A stretch of DNA of 64,000 nt from a virus (taxonomy: Duplodnaviria; Caudoviricetes). Positions 37,230 to 46,514 of this stretch are shown here, in pieces. The notes beneath the pieces were generated by a model. That model saw only the letters and a program-made list of their open reading frames with translations. It did not search any database and was not told the origin of the DNA. The translations under genes and the position numbers were made by a program. How positions within the stretch are numbered: position 1 is the first letter of the stretch; every line of letters starts with the position of its first letter. Where the stretch lies: the IMG/VR virus record IMGVR_UViG_3300014204_000139, positions 1 through 64,000 of that record; one strand, written 5' to 3'.

Positions 37230-37466
37230 GAGCGAGGAGTATTTTCTTTTAGCAAAGTATTTTAATAGGAACTCCTTCTGCTCGAATACTTTTTTGAAAA
37301 GCGAGTGGTATATTTCTGGAATGATTTATAGGAACCACTTATGCTTTTTGAATTTCAAAAGGCGGAAAGTATTTTCAATTTAATAGGAACTTTCTATGCC
37401 GATTTTATGTTAATATAGCGAGGAGTATGTCATCACCCAAGATTTTAATAGGAACTCCTTCTGCTA
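37230..37466 (-). repeat. Array of four covarying RNA hairpins (37230-37283, 37297-37348, 37361-37400, 37416-37466)
   Basis: Shared GC-AKA-stem-UCCUAU(U)AAA-variable-U-stem-C-GC layout with compensatory stem changes. Confidence 0.85.
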
Positions 37467-37498
37467 ATTCTTAAACTAATAGATTACTTTATTGTATA

Positions 37499-37505
37499 TT
37501 TGTTC
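37499..37505 (-). promoter_or_regulatory. GAACAAA promoter motif pointing into the hairpin array
   Basis: TAGAACAAATATA on the minus strand about 35 nt upstream of the first hairpin. Confidence 0.55.
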
Positions 37506-37576
37506 TATAAAATTTTGAAATAAACTAAAAATTAACTAGAAAAAATAGAAATATTATTGCATAAGTACTAAAAAAA

Positions 37577-38101
37577 TTATTCTACTATATCAGTGGTTGC
37601 ATTTAACATTTCCAGATGAGCATCAATGTAATCAAATTTCATCTGCAGGTCTTTTAGAGAATTATTTTTAAAATCTTCATCGTATAACTGAATTGATTGA
37701 GCTCTTGATCCATCTGAATTCAGTTGAATTGATTTTAATTTGTTTTCTGCAACTACCTTATTTAGAGCTACAAATAATGTACAGTATTCTTTATAATTCA
37801 TTTTAAACATTAGAGCTTCTGCGATTGAAATTTCATGTTCTTGAGTCACAACACCTTTTGGAATTCTTAATTTTGTATTGATGTTTGTCTTATCAATCAT
37901 TACTTTTAATTTTGCTCTTCTTTCTAATAGATCTATTCCTGATTGAATTAGTCGAAGAATATGTTCCCTTTGAGTTTTTTCTGAATCAAATGCTGGTTTT
38001 TCAGTTGATGTTAATGATGAATACTTTTGAATTTCTTGAGTCACTCCTGCTACTTTCTTTTGATTTAACTTCTTTTCTTTTAAAGCTTCAATCATCTTCA
38101 T
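37577..38101 (-). CDS. DUF6847/DIP1984-like coiled-coil protein
   Basis: MKxxEAL...IDKTNxxT...SIAEAL...ID..L...NATT pattern recalled for that family. Confidence 0.7.
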   Translation of the reverse strand: MKMIEALKEKKLNQKKVAGVTQEIQKYSSLTSTEKPAFDSEKTQREHILRLIQSGIDLLERRAKLKVMIDKTNINTKLRIPKGVVTQEHEISIAEALMFKMNYKEYCTLFVALNKVVAENKLKSIQLNSDGSRAQSIQLYDEDFKNNSLKDLQMKFDYIDAHLEMLNATTDIVE

Positions 38102-38149
38102 AAGTCTTAAATCTCTCCTTATTATATTATAGGATTATAAATAATCCTT

Positions 38150-38332
38150 TCAAATCCAAAACTTTTTATTTTTCTCATCCTCATTCTTTTTCCAGTTCCA
38201 TGACCATATTGGTATTTCACCATGTTTTGGACAAATTGCTCTACTAAATCTATAATGATGTGGACCATGATAAAATCCACCAATTCCAAATATTTTAATT
38301 TTTTCTTCACAATCTTTTTGTGTGCAATTCAT
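38150..38332 (-). CDS. Small Cys/His protein
   Basis: CTQKDC...CPKHG. Confidence 0.5.
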   Translation of the reverse strand: MNCTQKDCEEKIKIFGIGGFYHGPHHYRFSRAICPKHGEIPIWSWNWKKNEDEKNKKFWI

Positions 38333-38337
38333 AATAA

Positions 38338-38748
38338 TTATTCCACTGTTATTCCTTCTTGTTCTGCAATAATTTTTAGTAGTTGTAAGGTAGGTATACC
38401 TTTAAAAGCAGCATCAATCAACCATTTCAACATTGTATCTTCAGAATGATGATGCCACCATTCAACCCAATTTATCATTCCCCATAAACCTCTTGGTTTT
38501 TCACCTAGTTTTTTTCTATCACTATCTTTTAGATCAATTGGATGGGGGATTCGAAAGAATCCTGTTTTTGGCGGGATTATAGGATCATAAGACAATGTAT
38601 TGTAGAACTCAAATGGTTGACATTCACCATACATATGAATCTTTGGACATTTATCATTACAGAGGTAAAGATCCCCTTGTTGCCACGGAGCAATTTCATC
38701 AAACTTATTCTTTAAAGCTTTATAATACTTAATCTCTTCTTCAGTCAT
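38338..38748 (-). CDS. Hypothetical protein
   Basis: GGAG RBS; ATGA overlap. Confidence 0.65.
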   Translation of the reverse strand: MTEEEIKYYKALKNKFDEIAPWQQGDLYLCNDKCPKIHMYGECQPFEFYNTLSYDPIIPPKTGFFRIPHPIDLKDSDRKKLGEKPRGLWGMINWVEWWHHHSEDTMLKWLIDAAFKGIPTLQLLKIIAEQEGITVE

Positions 38749-38939
38749 GTTTTTACTACTCCTTCAACTCTATCCATTAAGAATCTCCATTCCTTTAGAG
38801 CGTTTTCAAACATTTCTTTTAGTTTTTGATTTTCAAGTTCTAATGATTTTACATCCTCATATCTTACAAACTCGCCATGTTGTGATAACTTCATGTGAGC
38901 TCCATTTTTTGAACTTTCCCATAAATCAAATCTATTCAT
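38745..38939 (-). CDS. Small protein (start MNRFDL)
   Basis: AGGAG RBS before 38939; GEFVRYED motif. Confidence 0.6.
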   Translation of the reverse strand: MNRFDLWESSKNGAHMKLSQHGEFVRYEDVKSLELENQKLKEMFENALKEWRFLMDRVEGVVKT

Positions 38940-39137
38940 TTTTTGTCTCCTTTTAAAAACAAAAAGAATATTATCGTGTCTAACACACGACATACTCAAA
39001 AAATATTCAAGAGTTAGATTCTAAATTACTTTTCTCAAATATTAATATATTTAGCAGTCATTTTTATAATGAATTTTTAGTCTTTTTCTTTAAACCTTAG
39101 AACAAATATATGATGGATAAAACCATCAAAAAATCCA

Positions 39138-39176
39138 ACCGACTTTAAAAATAAAAATGAGTTTAGTCGGTACTCA
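39138..39176 (+). promoter_or_regulatory. H-type pseudoknot next to the RBS
   Basis: ACCGACT/AGTCGGT and TGAGT/ACTCA crossing stems a few nt before AAGGAGG. Confidence 0.6.
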
Positions 39177-39196
39177 GTAAAAAGGAGGTAGTAAAA

Positions 39197-39994
39197 ATGA
39201 TGTATAATTCAGGTCTTGTGGTAGTTGTCAAAAGTAATGGTAAAATTCTAAGAGAAGATAAAGATTTGGTTTTCTTACCATTCAATTCAGAGTATTCAAT
39301 TCTTTTAAAAAATTTAGATTCCAGAAAAGCTTTAGTTAATGTTTCAATTGATGGTCAAGATGTATTAGATAATAAAAGTCTAATCTTAGATCCAAATAGT
39401 AAAAGAGAAATTAAGGGTTTTCTAAATGGAATGTCTGCAAAAAATAGATTTAAATTTATTAAGAAAACAGAAGAAATTTCTGAATATCGAGGTGATAGAA
39501 TCGATGATGGAATTATCAGAGTTGAGTATTGGTTTGAGAAAGTAATTGAAAAGAAACAAATAATAACAGAATATATTACATCCTATCCATATCCTTCCTT
39601 CCCACCAGTTTTTTATAATTCAAGCGGAATTTATGGTAGTTCTGAAGGAAATAATTTAAGATCTTCTACAAGGTCAATTAATGTAAATTCAACAATAACA
39701 AAAAGTTTAAGTAATTCAGAAATAAATTCTTCGCTATCTACTAATTTTCAACCTCAAGAAGAAGGAATAACCGTTAAAGGTTCAGAGGTCTTTCAACAAT
39801 TTAGTTATGGAACTATTGGATCTTTAGAAGATAATTCAAAGGTTATAATTTTAAAGCTAATTGGTACTAAACAATCTGGAAAAATAGTACAAGAACCAAT
39901 AACAATTCAAACAAAAAAAATATGTCCAACATGCGGAAGAAGATCTAAATCTTATGCTAAACATTGTTCAAATTGTGGCACATTTCTAGATTAA
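39197..39994 (+). CDS. Conserved hypothetical protein with a C-terminal zinc ribbon
   Basis: AAGGAGG RBS; CPTCG...CSNCG. Confidence 0.8.
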   Translation: MMYNSGLVVVVKSNGKILREDKDLVFLPFNSEYSILLKNLDSRKALVNVSIDGQDVLDNKSLILDPNSKREIKGFLNGMSAKNRFKFIKKTEEISEYRGDRIDDGIIRVEYWFEKVIEKKQIITEYITSYPYPSFPPVFYNSSGIYGSSEGNNLRSSTRSINVNSTITKSLSNSEINSSLSTNFQPQEEGITVKGSEVFQQFSYGTIGSLEDNSKVIILKLIGTKQSGKIVQEPITIQTKKICPTCGRRSKSYAKHCSNCGTFLD

Positions 39995-39998
39995 TTTT

Positions 39999-40038
39999 TA
40001 AACCCTCTCATTTATATCACTATAAATGAGAGGGTTTA
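39999..40038. terminator. Bidirectional terminator
   Basis: TAAACCCTCTCATTTATA/TATAAATGAGAGGGTTTA. Confidence 0.85.
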
Positions 40039-40043
40039 ATCCG

Positions 40044-41249
40044 TTAGATTGCTGCTTGAAGTTGCTCTATCATATTTTTTATTTTCTCTCTTACCATATT
40101 CTCAGCAATTTCATTGACTCGTTTCTCAACCATGTCATTGGTAATATCAGAAATCTTAAATCTCATTTGTTTGACGATATTCTCAATTCCATTCGCTATA
40201 ATTTCATCGAATGGATTTTCATTTTTGAGAGTTTCATCAACTTGTTTTTCAACAACTGGGATTGGAGTATCAACTTGTTTTTCAACAACTGGGATTGGTG
40301 TTTCTTTTTCTACTTCAGGTTTACTCTCAAGATCATTTCCTTCCTTTTTTAGTATCCTCCATCCTTTAAATCTGTCGTTTTTACTTCCCGGTTGAAGTGA
40401 TAGATGCCCCATTATAAATAGTTCATCACAACACCTTTCACAAAGAAATTTAGAAATATTATGTTTTTCTGCATAATATTCAATTGAATAAAAGTAGTGA
40501 CCGCTATCATCAACTTGTGTAAACCAATTTAGAATTTCCGTGCGGAGGGTGAAAATCTCATTAATTCTAACCTGTCCAAATTCTGGATTAGTAATAGAAA
40601 TAATCCTATGAGCTTTTTTGGTTCTGTCAATTTTTATAAATCCTGAAAATTCAAAATAGTTCAAACACGTTGATGTGAAACCAAAAGATCTTCTGGTCTC
40701 ATTGGAAATTTCTTTAACTGTTTTAAAACCTGAAAATATAGCTTTAATAGTTAGGTATTCAAACCATTTTCTTTCACCACTGCTATATGTTCCGTTTATA
40801 TAATTTTCTAGTGCTTTATTTGTAATTTCTTCTGTCATAACCTTTTTCTCCTCTTCAATTTTTTGTTGTTTTACAAGTTTATAACTATCCTTGTATCTTT
40901 TAATTATTCCTGCCTTCACCATCCTATTCAGGACCTTTCTGCAGCATTTCGGAGAATATCCACAAGCTGAAACACAGCTTTTAATCTGTTCTTTGTTTGC
41001 AACATAAATCTGTCCGATATAATTTGTAATTATCGGAATGATTTTCATAATTTGAGAATATTTATTCTCTTCTAATTTTACTATTAATCTGCTTCTTTCC
41101 AACCTTTCAAGCTTCAAATCCAGGTCTGGAATACCTTCAAAAAACTCTGTAGTAATAATACTTCCATTTGATAAGTTCTCCGATCCCAGTCTTTGAATAA
41201 GTTGTAGCACTTTTATTCTCCTTTCAAAAAAATAATTTTTTATATTCAA
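40044..41249 (-). CDS. Multi winged-helix-like DNA-binding protein (true start uncertain)
   Basis: Repeated L...G(I/F/H)I wHTH-like segments; TPIPVVEKQVD duplicated. Confidence 0.55.
   Translation of the reverse strand: MNIKNYFFERRIKVLQLIQRLGSENLSNGSIITTEFFEGIPDLDLKLERLERSRLIVKLEENKYSQIMKIIPIITNYIGQIYVANKEQIKSCVSACGYSPKCCRKVLNRMVKAGIIKRYKDSYKLVKQQKIEEEKKVMTEEITNKALENYINGTYSSGERKWFEYLTIKAIFSGFKTVKEISNETRRSFGFTSTCLNYFEFSGFIKIDRTKKAHRIISITNPEFGQVRINEIFTLRTEILNWFTQVDDSGHYFYSIEYYAEKHNISKFLCERCCDELFIMGHLSLQPGSKNDRFKGWRILKKEGNDLESKPEVEKETPIPVVEKQVDTPIPVVEKQVDETLKNENPFDEIIANGIENIVKQMRFKISDITNDMVEKRVNEIAENMVREKIKNMIEQLQAAI
40236..40298. repeat. 33-nt in-frame tandem duplication
   Basis: ATCAACTTGTTTTTCAACAACTGGGATTGG occurs twice. 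Confidence 0.9.
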
Positions 41250-41336
41250 ATATTAATATATATAGTTAGATTCTTTTTAAAAGTATTTTTCTAATCTGAT
41301 CAGAATTATAGAACAAATAATAAATCTAAACTTCAT

Positions 41337-42038
41337 ATGTTTAAAAATAGAAGGATTTATAAAAATATGGATAAAGAAAAAAATTTAGTTGTAGAAATTA
41401 CAGATAACTATGGAGATTGCTTATCCGATAAAATTATTGGTAGTAGCAATAAAAACTCAGAGAGACCAAAAGGTTTTGTTGAAATATATGAACTAACAGA
41501 AAAAAATAAAAAACGATTAATTGATAAACAAAATCTTGTAGTAAATCTTGGAAGAGAATGGTTGTTATCAAGAGCATTTAATGAAGCAAATACATCAATT
41601 GTTCCTTTACCATCGGAATTTATTACTTGGTTTGGAGTTGGAAATGGCGGATGTCCAATAGCAGATCCATTAAATCCTACTTCTCCAACAAATTTAGATA
41701 CCGATTTAGCTAATTCAGTTATGATTAATGCAACAGATTCAACTTGTGCAGATTTTAGATTAACTCCAGATTCAGGATATTATAAACATCCATTTGATTC
41801 ACTTACTTTTGAGCAAGATGGGGATAATAGCAATTCTTGGTTAATAATTAAAGTTTCAACTACATTAGATGCTGATGACGGAAATGATTTTAATTTAAAT
41901 GAAGCAGGTCTGTTTACTGCAGCAAGTGGAGGCGGAGGATACTCTGGTAATTTTAATTTATACGCTAGAGTAACATTTCCATCTATTGTTAAAACAGCTG
42001 CAAGACAATTACTATTCGTTTGGTATGTATATTTTTAA
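41337..42038 (+). CDS. Baseplate/tail-collar-like structural protein
   Basis: NLVVNLGR, FGVGNGG, LNEAGLF, YARVTFPSIVKT; directly before the sheath gene. Confidence 0.7.
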   Translation: MFKNRRIYKNMDKEKNLVVEITDNYGDCLSDKIIGSSNKNSERPKGFVEIYELTEKNKKRLIDKQNLVVNLGREWLLSRAFNEANTSIVPLPSEFITWFGVGNGGCPIADPLNPTSPTNLDTDLANSVMINATDSTCADFRLTPDSGYYKHPFDSLTFEQDGDNSNSWLIIKVSTTLDADDGNDFNLNEAGLFTAASGGGGYSGNFNLYARVTFPSIVKTAARQLLFVWYVYF

Positions 42039-42112
42039 TATAGAATTGTAGGAAAGGAATAAACTAAAATAGAAGATAAAAAAATAAAAAAATAGAAATA
42101 GGAATAAATAAA

Positions 42113-44089
42113 ATGAATGTAAGTCCTGGTGTTTATAGTAAAATAATTGATATATCTGATTATGTTCAATCTGTACCTAGTACAATTGGTTGTTTAATGG
42201 CTCTAACTAAAAAAGGAAAAGATAATCAATTTAGCTTTGTAGGGAGTCGTTCTGAGTTAATTTCAGGATGGGGTGAACCAAACATCAATGATTACGGAAA
42301 AAATTATGGACAGGGATTATATGAAGCATATAACTTTTTAGGTGAATCTGGTGCTCTTTATTTTATGAGATGTTTACCAGATGATGCTACATTCGCTTGT
42401 ATTAGAATAGATGCTAGTTTAGCTCCAGCTGATTCCACTGCAGCAATTTCAATTAGTTATGTTGATAGTTTAAACACAATTGATGAAATCAAAACGGGTT
42501 TAGCAACTGCAGGAACTACTTTTCCATTATGTATGTTATATCCAATAGGAAGAGGTGAATATTACAATGCAATTTCTATTAGATTAACAGAATACTCTAA
42601 TCCAATGGTTAATGGGGTTTATGTATTAGATATTTATGAAAAACAATCAGATGGTGATGATGTAATTATAGAATCATTTGAGGTTTCTTTTGATCCAAAA
42701 GCAGTTGATAGATCTGGAGATTCAATTTTTATTGCTTATATTTTAGAAACATACTCTTCAATTCTTAGATGTGAAATGGTTTTAGCTAGTGGAGATTACA
42801 CTAGTGGTTATAATCTTGTTAGTAGAATTTATGATAAAGATATTGGTACCGTTTCTATTGTTGAAACCGCAGCTTCAGCAGAAATAATTGATAACAAACA
42901 ATTATTCACAGATTGGGAAAATAGTGGTGAAACAGGTAATGCAACATACATGGTAATTGCAAAAGATGCAAAAGGTAATTCCATTTATGGCTGGTTAGGT
43001 CAGGCTACAGGAACAGATAATGATAGAATCAATGTTTGGGACGGAAGAAATTTATCTACTGCATCAAGAGGATGGATAGGAGATATTACATTATTTGATA
43101 ATTCAAGTATAATTACTTATGAAATTAAAAAATCTAATACTTCAATAACTGATGCATTTATTTCTTCAACACCAGTTCCATTTAAGAAAGGAACAGATGG
43201 TACACTTCTAGATTCAGTTGGAAGTTTGGATACTACGGTTGCAACCCAAGTTTTAGCAGAAGCATATGCAGGAACATTAATAAATCCAATTACTGGATTA
43301 GTTGAAGATTTAATTACCGATACAGAAAATGTTTATTTTAGTATGGTTTTTGATGCTGGTTATCCTGCAAGTGTTAAATCACAAATTTCAACTCTAGTAC
43401 AAACCAGAAGAGATTGTGTTGCTATTATTGATAATGGTGATAATGCAACATATAACTTAGCAATTTCTGCTAGAAATAATACTAATACATTTAATAACTA
43501 CTATACTGCTATTTATGAATGTTATAATAAAGTGTATGATATCTTTACAGGGCAGGATATTTGGGTTAGTCCAATTTACCATATGTCTTATATTCTTCCT
43601 AGAAATGATAGTGTTAGTGAATTATGGAATGCTGCTGCAGGATTTAATAGAGCTTCAATAGATACAATTAAAGAATTAAGATATAATGCTAAGGTTGGTC
43701 AGAGAGATGGTTTTTATTTAACACAACTTAATGATATTGTTAAGTTTAGTTCTGGTTATGTTGTTTGGTCCCAGTTAACAAGTCAAGCTAAAGCTTCTGC
43801 AATGCAAGATTTAAATATAGTTCGATTAGTTTTATATTGTAAGAGAAGTCTTGAGAATTTTGCTAAATTTTATATATTCGAAATGAATGACCAAATTACA
43901 TGGAATAAATTTAATAATGAAATAGTAGGATTTCTTGAAGATGTTAAAAGAAGAAGAGGTTTATACTCATATAGTACAGACACATCTGCAACTGCATATG
44001 AAAGAAAAACAAAAACCTTCCATTCAAATATTATTTTAGAACCTACACGTACTACAGAGCAAATTAAATTAAACTTTTATGTTAAATAA
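42113..44089 (+). CDS. Tail sheath protein
   Basis: SPGVY N-terminus, RRDCVAIID, WNAAAGFNR, LNIVRL, FEMND. Confidence 0.92.
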   Translation: MNVSPGVYSKIIDISDYVQSVPSTIGCLMALTKKGKDNQFSFVGSRSELISGWGEPNINDYGKNYGQGLYEAYNFLGESGALYFMRCLPDDATFACIRIDASLAPADSTAAISISYVDSLNTIDEIKTGLATAGTTFPLCMLYPIGRGEYYNAISIRLTEYSNPMVNGVYVLDIYEKQSDGDDVIIESFEVSFDPKAVDRSGDSIFIAYILETYSSILRCEMVLASGDYTSGYNLVSRIYDKDIGTVSIVETAASAEIIDNKQLFTDWENSGETGNATYMVIAKDAKGNSIYGWLGQATGTDNDRINVWDGRNLSTASRGWIGDITLFDNSSIITYEIKKSNTSITDAFISSTPVPFKKGTDGTLLDSVGSLDTTVATQVLAEAYAGTLINPITGLVEDLITDTENVYFSMVFDAGYPASVKSQISTLVQTRRDCVAIIDNGDNATYNLAISARNNTNTFNNYYTAIYECYNKVYDIFTGQDIWVSPIYHMSYILPRNDSVSELWNAAAGFNRASIDTIKELRYNAKVGQRDGFYLTQLNDIVKFSSGYVVWSQLTSQAKASAMQDLNIVRLVLYCKRSLENFAKFYIFEMNDQITWNKFNNEIVGFLEDVKRRRGLYSYSTDTSATAYERKTKTFHSNIILEPTRTTEQIKLNFYVK

Positions 44090-44110
44090 ATAATTTATAC
44101 AAAAAAATAA

Positions 44111-44154
44111 TAAAAATGGAGTTAAGCTATAACTAAAGCTTAACTCCATTTTTA
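44111..44154. terminator. Bidirectional terminator
   Basis: TAAAAATGGAGTTAAGCT/AGCTTAACTCCATTTTTA. Confidence 0.85.
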
Positions 44155-44163
44155 CCGTAATAT

Positions 44164-44403
44164 TTATTTTCCGGGAGGTATCTCAACACCTATCCCATTA
44201 TATATTTTATCTATTGCATCAATTTTAAAATAAGCTTCTTTATATTCTTTTGCATCATTTTTTGCTGAAGTTAGTTTTTCAATTAGAAGATTAACTTGGC
44301 CTTCTGTTAATTCACATAATGCAGTACCAATTAGTAATATAATCTTTCCTTTAGGAGAAATCTTTACCCTAACATTTCTAATAGCGTCTGATTCAGTTCC
44401 CAT
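44164..44403 (-). CDS. Hypothetical protein
   Basis: Last ORF of the operon. Confidence 0.6.
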   Translation of the reverse strand: MGTESDAIRNVRVKISPKGKIILLIGTALCELTEGQVNLLIEKLTSAKNDAKEYKEAYFKIDAIDKIYNGIGVEIPPGK

Positions 44404-44409
44404 AAAAGT

Positions 44410-44823
44410 TTATCCATCTCTCCAAGCTTCTTCTATAAATGCTAATTCGTTCTCTTTTACAATAATTCCATAACTTGCAAGTTCTGAAATAATTTCTTTC
44501 TTAAAATCTCCCAGTGTTTGATTATCTTGCATATTTACAGGTGATGCAGCAATCATAATATAATCAGAACCATAACAACCAAAAGAAAAATTAAGAATCG
44601 TACTATAAAAATTATCTGAAATATTATATCTTAGATTTTTTTTGTCTTCTATAAATTTTTCATAATTAATAGATACATCATAATATTTACTTGTTTTGTA
44701 GTTTTCAAAACATCTCTTTAAAAATAATTCATTTTTAAAAATATTACTATTTTCTATTTCAACTCCCCATCCAATAAAAGATGTTGTACTTGAGTTTGTA
44801 ACAAAATCTAACTTTCTTCTCAT
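44410..44823 (-). CDS. TNSS-motif protein 1
   Basis: MRRKLDFVTNSSTTSFI. Confidence 0.8.
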   Translation of the reverse strand: MRRKLDFVTNSSTTSFIGWGVEIENSNIFKNELFLKRCFENYKTSKYYDVSINYEKFIEDKKNLRYNISDNFYSTILNFSFGCYGSDYIMIAASPVNMQDNQTLGDFKKEIISELASYGIIVKENELAFIEEAWRDG

Positions 44824-44844
44824 AAAAATGTATAAAATCTCCTC

Positions 44845-45360
44845 TTAGTGCGTATCAACCACTTCAATTTTTACTTTATTGATGTCAAACTTTTTTAAAT
44901 TTGTTTCTCTATAAATTAAGTATAGCATCCAATCTGGAACATCTTGAAAAAAATCATTATACATACTTGTATCATGAGTAACAGTAAAGAAATTTTCAAA
45001 CTTTATATCAAAATTCATTTCTCCTAATAACGTTCTTTTTATTTGGTCATCTGTAGCTAATAAACTAGCTTTTTCATCAAAATGTTTATATATCAAATCA
45101 TAAAATAATTCGTCTCTCTTATCCGCTTCTCCTTTCTCAATTTTTTCTTCTAATTCTTTTTTGCTTTTTATGTGTTTTTTAGTAGCATCCTTATATTTTT
45201 CAACTTTTTTATCTAAACTTTCAGAATTAATTTCTATATAATAATCTATATATTTATTCCACAATTTAATAAATTCATTTAAAGTTTTTGCTTCACAATT
45301 TACATATAAAATAAATGAGGCACTTGATGAATTAGTTATAAAATCTGTTTTTACTTTCAT
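44845..45360 (-). CDS. TNSS-motif protein 2 (start MKVK)
   Basis: MKVKTDFITNSSSASFI. Confidence 0.8.
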   Translation of the reverse strand: MKVKTDFITNSSSASFILYVNCEAKTLNEFIKLWNKYIDYYIEINSESLDKKVEKYKDATKKHIKSKKELEEKIEKGEADKRDELFYDLIYKHFDEKASLLATDDQIKRTLLGEMNFDIKFENFFTVTHDTSMYNDFFQDVPDWMLYLIYRETNLKKFDINKVKIEVVDTH

Positions 45361-45361
45361 A

Positions 45362-45895
45362 TTAATGTTCACTATTTTCTAAATTTGGAAGTTGATTAAA
45401 AGTGCCACCGTGTTCCATGTCGCTAAAAAACCCCCCACCTTCATCTGAATAACAAAAAGTATATATAAAACCTTTTTTATTTTCTAAAATAAAATCTTTT
45501 AAATCATCATCTGAGACTCTTAAAGTTGTATAATTATCAGAAAAATGTTTTATTATTTTCATTACAATATAATCAACTTGTGCAACTGGAATTATTAGAC
45601 TAGGATAAAAATTTGCACTTTTTTCTTTTATTTCTTCAATAATAGAATTAACAAAATCAGGATCAAATCTATCTAATAAAATTGATTCAACTAAATCCAT
45701 AAAATTAACATCAGCAAAAGTTTTACTAAGATCTATTTCTATTGGAATTTGTTCCATTGAATCTCTAAAAACCTGTTTTGCTTTTTCTAAAGCCATATAA
45801 GGACTTACATCATCTATAGACTCAATCTTTTTTGGAAATAAAACTATGAAGCTTGTTGAACTTGAATTAGTTACGAAATCATACTTTATTTTCAT
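45362..45895 (-). CDS. TNSS-motif protein 3
   Basis: MKIKYDFVTNSSSTSFI. Confidence 0.8.
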   Translation of the reverse strand: MKIKYDFVTNSSSTSFIVLFPKKIESIDDVSPYMALEKAKQVFRDSMEQIPIEIDLSKTFADVNFMDLVESILLDRFDPDFVNSIIEEIKEKSANFYPSLIIPVAQVDYIVMKIIKHFSDNYTTLRVSDDDLKDFILENKKGFIYTFCYSDEGGGFFSDMEHGGTFNQLPNLENSEH

Positions 45896-46242
45896 TAATA
45901 ACCGCCATCACCAATTATAACTTCAAAATCTTTTCCAAAATTTAATTTATTAATTCCATTATTTACCATAAAAATCTCAAGAGGATCATCTGATTCTGAA
46001 GAAGCCTCAATTAATAAAATTTCTCCGTTACTATTTATAACATTCTTCATTTTTTCAAAATCTGTGTAATCTTTAAAATTTTGTTTTAATTGATCAATAT
46101 CTCTAATTTTATCACTAACATATCTATCTAGATCAATCTCAATCTCAATTTTTATTTTTCCTAATTTTTCATTTCTATTTGTATGACCTATAATAAAACA
46201 AGCGCTGCTTGAATTGGTTACAAAATCTGTTTTTCTTTTCAA
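45895..46242 (-). CDS. TNSS-motif protein 4 (TTG start at 46242)
   Basis: MKRKTDFVTNSSSACFI; GGAG RBS and TTGA overlap with the upstream stop. Confidence 0.8.
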   Translation of the reverse strand: MKRKTDFVTNSSSACFIIGHTNRNEKLGKIKIEIEIDLDRYVSDKIRDIDQLKQNFKDYTDFEKMKNVINSNGEILLIEASSESDDPLEIFMVNNGINKLNFGKDFEVIIGDGGY

Positions 46243-46514
46243 TGATCGCTCCACTTAATCTTTTTTTCATCAACGTGAATTAATTCTAAAAATTCACGCA
46301 TATTAAAATTATCTAAAAATGTAGATAATTTTAATGCTTCTCCCAAATCTTCAATATACCATTTGTCTTCTTCTGCATATTGACCCATTCCCATTCTTGT
46401 AGCATAATATAAGTGATTTTCAATTTTTTTAATTTGATTTGGACTTAAATATTCTTTTTGAATTATAAATGAGCAACTACTTGAATTTGTTACAAAATCA
46501 TTCTTGAATTTCAT
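46239..46514 (-). CDS. TNSS-motif protein 5
   Basis: MKFKNDFVTNSSSCSFI. Confidence 0.8.
   Translation of the reverse strand: MKFKNDFVTNSSSCSFIIQKEYLSPNQIKKIENHLYYATRMGMGQYAEEDKWYIEDLGEALKLSTFLDNFNMREFLELIHVDEKKIKWSDH

Noticed and set aside
37230-37466. CRISPR array
   Set aside because: Units conserve structure rather than sequence, unit lengths vary from 40 to 54 nt, the variable part lies inside the hairpin loop, and no cas genes are in the window.
40236-40298. 33-nt direct repeat as an attachment site or mobile-element end
   Set aside because: It is an in-frame duplication in a low-complexity protein linker; no integrase or transposase is nearby.
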